From the NCBI GenBank assembly GCA_010909165.1, contig MU008225.1, forward strand, positions 62,001-126,000: a DNA stretch of 64,000 nucleotides, in the 5' to 3' direction. Shown in pieces: positions 1-11,689 of the stretch. How positions within the stretch are numbered: the first letter of the stretch is position 1; each line of letters starts with the position of its first letter. A model generated the notes under the pieces. The model ran no database searches and was not told the origin of the DNA. It saw only the letters and a program-made list of their open reading frames with translations. The stretch is from Anthoceros angustus (lineage: Eukaryota; Plantae; Anthocerotophyta). The translations under genes were made by a program, and so were the position numbers.

Positions 1-1399
1 CCCATGAATCGCCATTTCTTCTCTGCCGTTTTGCTCAAGCTTCTCATGGGATGCATCTCCTTCCTCGCCCTCTGGCGCACCTACCTCCCTAGGGCCTTCT
101 CCTCCTCGGCCCCATGGCGCCTGGCTTGACCTCTAGGCCAGCCACGCCTTGTTCCATCTAGCTTGTTCACGGTGGATGTTGGTCTTTGTGGCCACAACCG
201 CCTTCAACTCTCACAAAACTAGCTTCTCCACCGTCGTCTGCGGGCATCCCATGGGTCGTGGACTGTGCATCATCGCTGGTACACCATCTCCCGACCTTCT
301 AGACTCATGTCTGGCCCTAGATCGCTCTAGCGATCTCCTTACATTGCTGCGGTTTTCGCAGCAATTTCCACAATCGACCGTGAATTGGTCGGCTCTCCTT
401 CTTGCAATTCCCTGCAAGCATATCTTGAGGTGTGATTTCTCCACAATCCTCCTTCATACACATCACCATAGAGCCATCCTCGCTCCTCCTGGCTCTAGCG
501 CAGACTCCTCGGCACACCATTTTTTGTGCCACTTCTCCTTCCTCCAAATTGTGATTTCTTGCAATTTCTCCATCATCCTTGCCACCATCGTGGCCTCCCT
601 AACTCGCTTACCAGCAGACCCAGGGCGTCGTTGCCACGGCATGCTCAACCTCATTCACAAAACCGTTTCCTCCTGTTTGCCAATGCAAGTTTTTCGGCTT
701 GCGGTCTGGCAGCTCCCTTCACCAAGTTCCGATTTCCTCCCCTTCTTGTTGGCCTAGCCTCATGTCCAGGTCAGATCGCGCTCCCATGGCGACCTCCTCG
801 CCTTGCTGCACTTCCATGGTGAATTTTGGTGATTGCCCACAGATCGCCAACTCTCCCCGGTTTACGCTCAAACTTTTCATGAAGCGCATCTCCTCCTTCG
901 CCCTCTGGCGTGTCCACCTCCCTAGGGCCTTCTCCTCCTCGCCTCGCACGGCTTATGACCTCGCCAAGTGGGGCGCCTTTTCTTTTTTGACCGGCGCTCC
1001 CATGTCCGTTTTGCTTCTTTCTTTTGCCAACGGCTGGCCTCCACTTGCAGCCTCCTGACTGCTCACCCTTGAGGAGCATTCCAGCCTCCTCCTCGCCCCT
1101 TGGCGCCCTTTTATCCTCTCGGTTTGGATTGTCTCGCCTTTCACACGCTCCTTCTTGCTCATTTGACCTCCTGGCAGCAAGGCTTGCTGATCAATCCTTA
1201 GGCCGTCTACAACATGCTCACGTCCTCCCCTTCACCCAGGCCGTGGCAACCAACTCCTCGTCGAAATCGGTCATCGTGGCCTCAAGTCGCTCTCCGGTTT
1301 CGATCGAAAAATGAAACTGCATTCTCATGCTCTTCCTGCACCTTCTTAAACTCTACCATCTCCTCTACACTTAGAAATCTTCACCACCTTACCACATTC

Positions 1400-3095
1400 T
1401 AGCTCTAATTTTCTATGACACATGGATCTACATGTGTTCCCTCTAACTCCTTCCTGCTTTCCCCAACTTTTATCAAGAAAGGTCATACCATAGGCCTTGC
1501 TTTTGAAGGCTACATCCTTGGTGGTGGTACTCTCTCCTCTATGTAATCATACAAAGACTCCTCCTCTTCCTTGAGTCCTCAACGGACCAGCGTGTGATGT
1601 GCATAGCTTAAGCCACAAAACCGGTTCAAAGATACAGCTCTCAAATCATCCCAATCCAATGGTGATGCCCATACGTGACTATACCCTGCTGGCCATGACC
1701 TCAAGTACTCTAGGAAAATTTGGAGACAATCCACCGAGACTTCCAAATTCGCATGAGTCACATGTTCAAAGTTTGCACAAAAGCCTCAGCATCTTCACCT
1801 CGTTGCTTCTCCCCAAATCTCCCATATTGCTGGCTGTGGGGTGGTGACTTCCACCACCTCCACTTCCTCCACTCATGGTTGAGGCGTCCACAAAGTGGGC
1901 ACACCTCCCAGACTCCAATATCCGGCGTAAACAAATGCCTGCAAGCGGGATGTACTATACAGACTTGGGCACACAAGCGCCTCAGTCCTCTAACAAGCAA
2001 GGTTGAAAGGGCAGCAAGATGGGTAATTCGATCAAGACCTTGCGAAGCTCACCATTAGATCTGACCCCAACTTCTCCGCCAAATCTCACCCTCTTGCCTT
2101 CCTCCTCCACGACGACCAACTCGAGCTAGAAGAGCTCAACAATCCAAAAAGTCCTCCTCTTGCAAGAGCGGAAGATGTACCTTGAAATTATTAACGGCTC
2201 GGATTCTTGACCCTCACCCTTGATCAACTCCTCGGCAACAACCTCCTTCCTCTCTGTCCGTGAGCACAACCTCCTCTTGCTCTTAGACAACTACCTCTTC
2301 TTCCTCAACGGAACCCTTGAAGATGTTAGCACATGTAGCTTCCTCAAGAGCTCTCTCCTCCGCTTCTTCCTTTGCACATCAGCAACTAAGCTTTCTTCAC
2401 GCACATGATTTCTCCATTCAGTTCACAAATCCCTTGCAGACAAAGGCGGGGTGATCTCCTCTCAACTCCTACACGAAAATTACTTCCTCCCTCCCGACTA
2501 GACTTGCAAGCACGCTCACCCCTCAACACACAACTATCCAAAACAGCAAATCCCTCCTACTCTGTTCCACTCATGTTGCTTGGTCCAGATATGAGCTAGG
2601 CGAACTCACACTCCCTTCCTCTCCAGTAAATTCTCCAACCAAAGTTCTGCGAGAAAGGGTGTCTGCATAAAAGATTGGGCGGTTGTGGGATGGTGTCTCC
2701 CCTAGGTGTGCGTCCCAAGGCGTGAGCTGAGCGTGATTCTATCAAGGCGCTCCAAGATCTTGACCATGCCTGAAATTCTCCACCGCTCACCCCTCCCTTC
2801 TTCACTTCTGTTGGAGTTGAGCTGGATCCACCACTCAAGGTCCAGCGTTGAGAAGGCCCGTGCTGGTAGCTGAACTTGAATCGTGCTCGAAGCGGTGCTT
2901 CCTCCTCGCTTCACACACCAACTCCTCTTCAACCACCTCCTTTGTTTGCCGGTGATTTTGGCGTCCCTTCTCCGAGCGTTGCTGGATCACTTGGCTCCCC
3001 TTGTAGGCAAGGGCAAAACGGCCTCCTCCTCAAGCGCCCTTAGCTCTTCCTCCTCCACAGCGCGTGCAACCACTGCGTTTTCCTCCCTCCATTGA
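1400..3095 (-). pseudogene. gag: Retrotransposon gag-like ORF, frameshifted (copy 1)
   Basis: Fragments QYGRFGEKQRGEDAEAFVQT / DWDDLRAVSLNRFCGLSYAHHTLVR resemble the retrotransposon gag domain. It starts ~340 bp downstream of the PBS. Confidence 0.7.
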
Positions 3096-3432
3096 TTTCT
3101 TCTTGCAGCTCTTAGATCTCTTGCGAACAGGTGGGGTGACCTCCTATGGTTTTCTCCTCTCCCTCCTCCTCTGCTAGACATCTGCAAGCATCCTCATAGC
3201 CTCCAAAACACGGTTGTTAAAGAAAAATCAGCCAACTCCCATCGCCATTCTTGCTGCAGGAACACAAAAATCACACCATTCAGGAGGCGTGGAGCTCCTC
3301 CTTCACAACGCACAAGTTCCAGGACGTGTAGGCTTCTTCCTAGACCCCCGCTCCACCTCCTTACAAGATCTTCTCAGCTCATACTGCAAGCTAGCAACGA
3401 AAATCTCAAAATTTCAACTGTTCAGCAACAAG

Positions 3433-3450
3433 TCCCCGGCAACGGCGCCA
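3433..3450 (-). promoter_or_regulatory. Primer-binding site complementary to the 3' end of tRNA-Asp
   Basis: Plus strand TCCCCGGCAACGGCGCCA, i.e. minus TGGCGCCGTTGCCGGGGA, 4 nt after the LTR end ...CCCACA. This is the PBS type typical of Athila-lineage elements. Confidence 0.9.
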
Positions 3451-4309
3451 AAAATGTGGGAGGAAAACCCCGGGGCACTCCCGAGATTCCCCCTCTAGCG
3501 GCCACACTTATCCCACTGTCGAGACGTTGGGTTTCGTCCCATGAGACTTGGGAGGTCAATCTTGAGAAATCCGTCACTACTGCAGCTACACACTACCTCA
3601 GCCTTCTAAACAAGCAAGGCGCCCTCTCACGCTCCCTCTACAGCAGCCCGCATGCGCCGTAAACTCACCAAACCTCAACCTACAAGCGACACCACAATTG
3701 TTCGTCTTAACGAAGGTGTCTATCACGGGCGCCTGAGGACTGACCCACACCGCAACCGTCCCTACTCCTAAGACACTCTTCTCCACAGGGCGCCCTCTTA
3801 CTTGCAGTTGGGATTCGTCCCTTAGGCTCGCACTGTGGCCTTAGTTTTCCTACACTCTAATCCTCCTCACAACTCTCTCAATCAACAACGCCCTCTTCTT
3901 CTCTACTCATCTACCCTTCCTTCCTCCACAATCTCCTACTCTAACACCAATTGCTGGCTCATTAATTCCAACTCGCCCTTACGGCACATCAGTCCGTCAG
4001 GAAATTAACGAGTTCTTCCTTGGGCGGTTGCTATGTGGTTTGCACGGACGAGAACCTCCAGTCTTTCCTGCAGTCTACCCTCAAGCCGAGAGTTCCTTGA
4101 GCATCGCCACACACTCAAAGCAAAACAATTCACACAACCATTCACAAGGGGAGCCTAGCGGCGCAGAAAGAGCAAGCCCTCCACCCGACCGCCGTTCTCC
4201 CTCTCTACGGACCTGCGTTGGCTTGCGGCGGCACGAAATTCTGCACAAAGTGAAGGACTCGGGAGGATGGGAGCGCAAGACCGATAATTTTACTTCACAA
4301 GCTCCCTCC

Positions 4310-4316
4310 TTTTATA
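4310..4316 (-). promoter_or_regulatory. TATA box, likely the genomic-RNA promoter of the LTR
   Basis: Minus strand CCCTATAAAAGGAGGGAG ~860 bp before the LTR end; conserved in LTR copy 2. Confidence 0.6.
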
Positions 4317-4875
4317 GGGAGGTCCTCACATACAGCCTCCCACAGCGCCCTCCGCACGCCTTACTCCTTATTTTAGTGTATCCTATCGGACTTTAAGTTC
4401 GACATCCAAGCATCTTGGGTAAAATTCTATTCTAGCAAATTCACCTATGTGAGCCTTAATGGCTCCTCCAACATTCCTATCTAGCTAGTCAACACACTCT
4501 CTTTGGTGACAAGCATTAATGCCTCCTCCTCTAAAGAAAAGTCTTCCCAAGTGGCATCTTGCCCCATGTCTTCAAGCTAATTTAAGGACTTCTTATGAAT
4601 CCCTTCCTTATCTTGATGCCTATCTTGAGTTCCTTCCTCCAATAAAATAGCCGGGCTCTCTTAGCCTGGCTCATCCTCGCTTCTCCTCTTCCTCTCACTT
4701 GTGGAGCAAGTGAGCTCCTTCTCCTGCACCCATGTTAGGAGGTTGGTCTTCTCCTTGTGATTCTTGCTCCATTCTGCAAGATCAACCCCTCTTCCTTCTT
4801 TCTGCAAGGGCCAAGGTACTCGCCTCCCTTGCCGTCAAATCCATGCTAGCACCTTTGAATCCGCTTCTTCCGGCC

Positions 4876-4955
4876 CTCCTACCATGGTAGGACCTTCTCC
4901 TACCACGGTGAGTCCCTCCGGTAGGAACTCCTCCTACCATGGTAGGAGTTCCTAC
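4876..4955. repeat. Cluster of ~4 CCTACC(A/G)(C/T)GGTAGG palindromes
   Basis: For example ctcctaccatggtaggag and cctaccatggtagg, read directly. Confidence 0.85.
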
Positions 4956-5011
4956 TGGTCGTTTCTTCCTTACCCCTTCACAGGTGATTCTCTCCACACA
5001 GCTTCTCCGCT

Positions 5012-7532
5012 TCACTCGCTTCTCCAGTGCGAAGTTTCTTCACCCTGCTTGGGACACTCTCCAAGTCTAAGGCTTCGGTTGGACTTGCATGAGGGCCTCC
5101 CTATCATCGTCATGAGGTCCCAACATCCTCCTCCTCGCAACAACTCGTTAGTGGCCTTGAGCACCTTGTTGTGAAGATGGGCTGCAAATCGTTGTTGTGC
5201 CATCTCCAATTCTTAATCCTCAAGCCATACTCCATGCTCACACTTGCTTTTGTAAGCATCTCGCTCCAAGGCCAGCTCACCGGTCTTGACATGGAGAGCC
5301 ACATTCTCCTTTCAGCAAGTCGCAACAACTCGTTAGTGGCCTTGAGCACCTTGTTGTGAAGATGGGGAAATCGTTGTTGTGCCATCTCCAATTCTTTGTA
5401 ATCCTCAAGCCATACTCCATGCTCACACTTGCTTTTGTAAGCATCTCGCTCCAAGGCCAGCTCACGGTCTTGACATGGAGCCACATTCTCCGTCCTCTCA
5501 TTCTGCGGTTGGATCAATCTCTCTTGTAGGGCATAATCAGCCCGAAATCTCCTCCTCACCGCCAACATATGCTGCACCACCGCCTCATGACGGCCTTTCT
5601 CCTTTGCCATTTCTTCCTCCAACTCCCCTATCCTCCTAGGGAGTTGTGCATTCTCCGTTCTTTGGACTTCTCGTTCCATTTCCAATCTTTGGACAAAATG
5701 TGTCCGTTCTTCCAGCTCTTCTTCCTTCAATTCCAGCCTCCGTGGTTTCTCCCAGCTCCTTTTCCATGTCACTAATCTTCACACTGTGGCTATGACCCGC
5801 TCATGCGCCTACTTGCCTTTGTCTTTGCCCTCATTTCTGCGAGATTGCTCGTCTTGACCTTTCCTCCATTAGCAGCACTTGCTTGTCTTGCCTTCTTTTC
5901 CCATGCGCACCATGTGAGCAAGTTGCTCCACCTTCTCCTCTCGAGCTGCCAATTGCTTGGTAAGAGCCTTGTTCTCCGAATATGATTGTTTGCCTCTGCC
6001 TTGTTCTCAAGACTCTTTTCCAAGTGCTCCACTTGAGCTTCCATCCTCATAACATCCTCCTGCCGCTGGGTTTCCGCTCGCCTACCCGCAATTTCCCTTG
6101 CTTGGTAGGTCCTTGTCTTTTCCGCCTCCGTCTTCAAGAATTCAACTCTCCTCTTGGCGGCTCCTATGTCTACCTTGCTGAACATCTCCCCTATGCGCAG
6201 CATCTCCTCCAACATGTCCAAGTCTCCTTTCTTACCTCCGGGAGACTCAAGGCCTTTGCCTTGCTCATGGGATCTTACATCCCTTGCTTCCCTATGATGA
6301 GCTCCCGCTCATCACCGGGCAACTCCTCCCACCGTGACTCCATCCGCTCGCCCACCTAGCAGGGCGGTTGCCTTCTTATCTCCTCTTGGGAGCTTCCAAA
6401 CCGTGACTTCCTTTTCCCTCCTACCGTGGTAGGAGGTGCTCCTAGTGGACTACTTCCCTACCGTGGTAGGACTAATGCCACCGTAGGCCTTGTCATGAGA
6501 GGACGAAGGGGTCCCAAACCACTGTGAACACCTCCCACCCTCGGGGATTCGCCATGGTAGGATCTATCCTACCTTCCATCTCCGCATCCTCCGCGGTCCA
6601 AACTTCAAATCCCCTACAACTTCTCCTTGCAAGTCCTCCGCATCCTCCGGCCTATCTTTGGAGGATTCCTTCCGGCAATAATGTGGTGCCGGCACCTCCT
6701 TTAGCGCAAAGCACCAAGCACTCCTGTCCCTCTCAGGCTGTAAGTACACAATGTTAAAGGGATGCTTGGAATCATCCAACTCCTTACTTGTGAGTAGCCC
6801 TCTACTTCCCACAAATGCACTAGATAAGTGCTAAGATAGCATGGCCTATCTTCATCCAAGCGTTGGGTTTGACAACTTTTCCGGTGGTAGGTGTATGCTT
6901 CATACATGATGAGCCCCAATCCGGCTTCGCTCCTTGAGTGATCTTCCATAGAAAATGGAGGAAGGTAGTGCTGAAATATGACACCCTTGGATTGCTCACC
7001 AAGCCCAAAACAATTCTTGTGAACAATCTCCACTTGGGCTCCAAGATTTGGTCCGCCAACCGTTCTTGGACTTAGCCTTCATGCCCTTGCATAAGTGTAA
7101 GGGCTCCTTGGAAGATCCGCCGTTGATGCACGCTTGCCTCAATCGTTCCTTCCATCAACGTGATTCCGCTATCCTCGCTATCCGCCCGCCATAAGCGTAT
7201 GCTCCTTACTCCAACACCGTGGATCCGTCCGTGCGTTCTATCCGGTGGGCGGCCAATTCCTCCGGCTGCAAATTAGCAAAACACTCTCTATCAATTCAAG
7301 GTTGGTGTAAGACCAATGTCGCCCATACACCCACTCTAGCTGAATATTCTCCTCTGCTGCCCAAGGTCGAAGTCGAAAGGTCTCTAGAGGATAGCTGGCC
7401 TGCATAGCACGTAAATAAGGGCATGTCAAATTTCCACCCTCGGTCGATCCTCCGCCTTAGACCTCTTGCCTCCTGCGCCACCTCCTTGGTGGACGCTCCT
7501 TCCTTAGCTACTACCTCCTTGCCCTTGGTCAT
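5012..7532 (-). CDS. LTR-internal accessory ORF (frameshifted here): N-terminal globular domain plus long C-terminal coiled coil; function unknown
   Basis: Collinear minus-strand fragments MTKGKEVVAKEG..., KNGWRTDQILEPKWRLFTRIVLGLVSNPR, KPDWG, YLSTYLVHLWEVEG, then E/K/R-rich helical ORFs 5790-6221 and 5110-5772. The same fragments recur at 15956-19430 (-), and the N-terminal part at 28830-29780 (+). Confidence 0.65.
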
Positions 7533-8352
7533 GGTAGGCTTGGTCCTAGCCTCCTTGGTTAGTACTTGCATTGTGTGTGTGATGCCTCCTTCCGCACTCT
7601 TCTATCCTTGCCTTGCTCTCCTCCTGATTTGCTCTTGCTCACAGCTCAAAGGTCCTTGCCCTTGCTCTCCTCCTCAGTCCTTACACCTTGGCGTCCTCAA
7701 ACCCCGATTGCAAGAGAAAGCTCACCAAAATTCCCCGGACTCTTACAGCCACGAATTTAGGAGCCCTTCCTGTGGTTTCCTAGCAATCTTGCCACGCTCC
7801 ACCCTCCTAGGCACCCTCACGAGCTTGGCAAGTGTTGGGTTCGCCCCAACCTTCTTCTCCTTCTCTTCTTCCTCTTTCTCTTTTCTTCACCTTGCGCTGG
7901 ACTTCCACCTCCTCGCTGAGCTCACGCCCTTCTTCTTCACCTTGCCACAAGCCACCTGGCCTTGCACCTAGCCTTCCCAAGCACCAACTGCTCATGATTT
8001 GAAAAATTCTCCAAAGTTCCTCAGTCCTTACACTTGTGTCGCCATTTGGGAGCCTTTCCTTCACGGTTTCCTAGCAATCTTGCCACGCTCCACCCTCCTA
8101 GGCACCCTCACGAGCTTGGCAAGTGTTGGGTTCGCCCCAACCTTCTTCTCCCTTCTCTTCTTCTCCTTCTTCCTCTTTCCTCCTCTTGGCCCCTGCTTTT
8201 CTCCTCCTCCGTTGCCCAACTTGCCTCCTTCTCCTCCTCAACACATGGCGTGTACGGGCGCGGCTGTGGGGCCTTGGGCAGCTTGAGGTGTGGCTTCCTT
8301 CCCGTGAGGCCGCCTCCTCAAGTTTCGAGTTGTGGCCTCGAGCACGCACCAC

Positions 8353-8359
8353 TTTTATA
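8353..8359 (-). promoter_or_regulatory. Second TATA box, upstream of the LTR-internal ORF
   Basis: Minus strand GACTTATAAAAGTG following an AT-rich block; conserved at ~20435 (-) and ~28280 (+). Confidence 0.55.
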
Positions 8360-8624
8360 AGTCACCCAAGGGTTAGAAAAGTAACTACCATTCTATCCTG
8401 CCCTTGGATGTGTGCCACGTGGCCCTTTCTCACCGTTGATGTTAGTTTCCTAATTCCTTATACTAAAATACCATTTTCCCTATTTTCTAATTTCTAATTA
8501 CTGAAAATTAGCCTCTAATTTCTTAATTACCTATTTTGGCCTATTTATCTAGTCCACTAAAAGACTCTATATATAGCAAGCCTATCCTGCCTAAAACATA
8601 AGCTACTTCCTTAGCAACCTATCT

Positions 8625-8865
8625 CCCACTGGTAGGACATCCTCCTACCATGGTGGCGTTTTCCCTTTCTCCTACCACGGTAGGAGTTTCTCCTACGGTG
8701 GTAGGATACCTTCCTACCTCCTACCATGGTAGGACATCCTCCTACCACGGTAGGTGATCAAAACACTAGCGGTCATTCTCCCACTGGTAGGATCTCTCCT
8801 ACCCTCGTCTACCATGGTAGGAGTTTCTCCTACGGTGGTAGGACACCTCCTACCACTCATGTAGG
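8625..8865. repeat. Array of ~10 CCTACC(A/G)(C/T)GGTAGG palindromes near the LTR 5' end
   Basis: Repeated cctaccatggtagg / cctaccacggtagg / cctacggtggtagg; the same array occurs at ~20700-20945 and ~27780-28015. Confidence 0.9.
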
Positions 8866-9065
8866 TTACCTTTTCTCCTCACCAGGTCGTTTTGACCCGT
8901 TTCTTTTCCTGCATATCCTCTTGCCTTCCGACATGGTCCTACAACTCCGCTCAAAAGGAGCAAAAATTTCCTTGCATGTCTTCACCAAACCATTTCTAGC
9001 AAAAGAGTGTGGGCTGTTTCAAACGAACTCATTTAAGCTTGTTGCCCAAACTTTTGCGTTCCACA

Positions 9066-9080
9066 TACTCCCCTCCTCAC
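9066..9080 (-). promoter_or_regulatory. Polypurine tract
   Basis: Minus strand GTGAGGAGGGGAGTA immediately before TGTGGAACG. Confidence 0.8.
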
Positions 9081-9109
9081 TGTTTGCGTCCTCAAACCAG
9101 ATAATTTCG

Positions 9110-9800
9110 GTGAAGGTACTTCTTAACCTTCCACCCATTCACTCTAGTTGGCAAATCCCCATCCGGCTGCGTGGTTGCGGATCCATTCTCATACGCCACC
9201 ACCTCATAAGGTCCCATCCATCTCAACCTAAGCTTCCCTGGAAGTCCATATAACGGCTATCATATAGAAGAACCAAATCCCCGCCATGATAGCTTCTTGC
9301 TTCCTCAACTTCCCATCATGCCTATCCTTTCTAAGCTCCCGACCACCGAGTTTCTTCTAAAGCATCTTCCCTCGTTCCTCATGCTCTATGAAAGACTCTA
9401 GTCTAACCCGACTATCCTCTCTGATCATCGCTCATCCTCCATGATTCTATAGGTAGGTACTTCAAATTCAGCATCACGGAGACATGCCATATGTTAAGTA
9501 ATAAGAGGTCTTCTTGGTTGTCACCTTCTCCGCTGTCTAAGCCCATAATGCTCTGCATCTAAGATCTTCTTCACCGTGATTTACTGAATAATGGCCTCCA
9601 ACCTTCCGCATGCAAAGCTTCTTTAAGAAGAAAGCTTCCTTCCCTTCAAACAACGTCGGATCTTCTCATCCAAACCAAGCTTGTATAAGACCCCATCTCT
9701 TAGACAATAAGGCACAGCTCTAGGGAGAAAGACAGCACGCCCTTCCCTAGACAAACTATCCAACATGATTCCGTGCTCCAAGAAATTTCATACCTCACCA
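9110..9800 (-). pseudogene. Ty3/gypsy integrase remnant: zinc-finger HH part fused to the C-terminal GPY region, catalytic core missing
   Basis: Manual translation across frameshifts gives GVLYKLGLDEKIRRCL...ALHAEGGGHYS...KKILDA, directly followed by ALWA*TAEKVTTKKTSYYLTYG...EFEVPTYRI...GDLVLLYDSR...FPGKLRLRWMGPYEV...RVNGWKVKKY. Confidence 0.75.
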
Positions 9801-11689
9801 TTCAATAACATGGACATGGGAGTCCTTCACGTTCTAATCTCCTCCTTCCACGCATACCACGTCGCCTCCTGCTAGCTCGCCCACCAGCAGCCCCGTTGTT
9901 CCATCCACAAATCCAGTTTCTCCCGCTTTGTCCATGCAAGTTTTGAGCTGCACCCCGTTTGCATGCTCCTCCTCCAACAACGTTCGATTTCTTCCATTCC
10001 TGCTGGTCTAGCCTCGTGTCCAGGTCCAGCTCGTGCTCCCATGGCGACCTCCTCGCCTGTTTGCACCCCCATGGCCACCTCATGAGTGATTTCCCATGAA
10101 TCTGCCATTTTCTTCTCCTGCCGTTTTTGCTCAAGCTTCTCATGGATGCATCTCCTTCCTCGCCCTCTGGCGCACCTACCTCCCTAGGGCCTTCTCCTCC
10201 TCGCCCTCTGGCCCCATGGCGCCTGGCGACCTCGCCAAGTGGGGCGCCTTTTCTGCTTGAAACCACGCTCCCATATCCGTGCTTCTTTCTTTGCCAACGG
10301 CTGGCCTCCACTTGCAGCCCTCTGACTGCTCACCCTTGAGGAGCATTCCAGCCTCCTCCTCGCGCCCATACTGGCGCCCTTTTATCCTCTCGGTTCCAGT
10401 TGTCTGCGCGCCTTTCCCGCTAACGCTCCCTTCTTGCTCATTTGACCTCTCTGCTGGCAGCAAGGCTTGCTGATCAATCCTTAGGCCGTCTACAACATGC
10501 TCACGTCCTCCCCTTCAACTCGGCTCACAAAACTAGCTTCTCACGCCTCGATCTGCGCAGCATCGTCGTGGACACATGCATCATCGCGTACACCATCTCC
10601 CGACCTTCTAGACTCATGTCTAGCCCTAGATCGCTCTCAGCGATCTCCTTACATTCTCTTTCCACGGCAACAATTTCGCAATCGACCGTGAATTGGTCGC
10701 CTCCTTCTTGCAATTCCACTGCAAGCATATCTTGAGGTGTGATTTCTCCACAATCCTCCTTCATACACATCACCATAGAGCCATCCTCGCTCCTGGGCTC
10801 TAGCGCACCGCAGCTCCTCGACACCATTTTGTGTGCTTCTCCTTCCTCCAAATCGCATTTCTCCATCATCCTTGCCACCATCGTGGCCTCCTGCTAGCTC
10901 GCTTGCAGACCCGGCGTCGTTGCCACATGACATGCTCAACCTCATTCACAAAACCGTTTTCCCTGTTTTGCCAATCCGCAAGTTTTCCACTTGCGGTCGT
11001 TCAAGCTCCCTTCACCAAGTTCGATTTCCTCCCTTCTTGTTGGCCTAGCCTCATGTCAGGTCAGATCGCGCTCCCATGGCGACCTCCTCTTGCACCCCAT
11101 GGCCACCTCATGAGTGATTTCCCATGAATCGCCATTTCTTCTCCTCCTGCGGTTTCGCTCAAACTTTTCATGAGCGCATCTCCTCCTTCGCCCTCGTGTC
11201 CACCTCCCTAGGGCCTTCTCCTCTCGGCCTCCATGGCGACCTCGCCAAGTGGGGCGCCTTCTCGCTCAAAAAGCTGCTCTCATGTAGTTTTGCTTCTTTC
11301 TTTGCCATCGTGATGGCCTCCACCGCAGCCTCCTGCTCACCCTTGAGGCATTCCAGCCTCCTCCTCCTCGCGCCCATACTGGCGCCCTTTTATCCCTCGG
11401 TTCCAGTTGTCTGTGCAACTTTTCACCTGACGCTCCCTTCTTGCTCATTTGACCTCTGCTGGCAGCAAGGCTTGCTGATCAATCCTTAGGCCGTCTACAA
11501 CATGCTCACGTCCTCCCCTTCACCCGCCGTGGCAACCAACTCCTCGTCGAAAATCGGTCATCTGGCCTCAAGTCGCTCTCCGGTTTCGAAAAATGAAACT
11601 GCATTCTCATGCTCTTCCTGCACCTTCTTAAACTCTACCATCTCCTCTACACTTAGAAATCTTCACCACCTTACCACATTCTAGCTCTA

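Larger units (their letters stand above)
3455..9065 (-). repeat. Giant LTR (~5.6 kb), copy 1
   Basis: TGTGG...CCACA inverted termini, with a PPT on one side and a PBS on the other. The same start TGTGGAACG recurs at 27578 against unrelated flank. Confidence 0.85.

Noticed and set aside
3433-3450. tRNA-Asp gene
   Set aside because: Only the 3' 18 nt including CCA match, next to an LTR end, so it is a PBS.
4485-4510. Relic internal PPT/LTR start (minus AAAGAGAGTGTGTTG) marking an ancestral shorter LTR
   Set aside because: The tract is short, partly missing in copy 2, and no insertion in this window starts there.
8625-8865. Palindromic repeats as a CRISPR array
   Set aside because: Eukaryotic LTR context, irregular short spacers, the whole array is copied with the LTR, and there are no cas genes.
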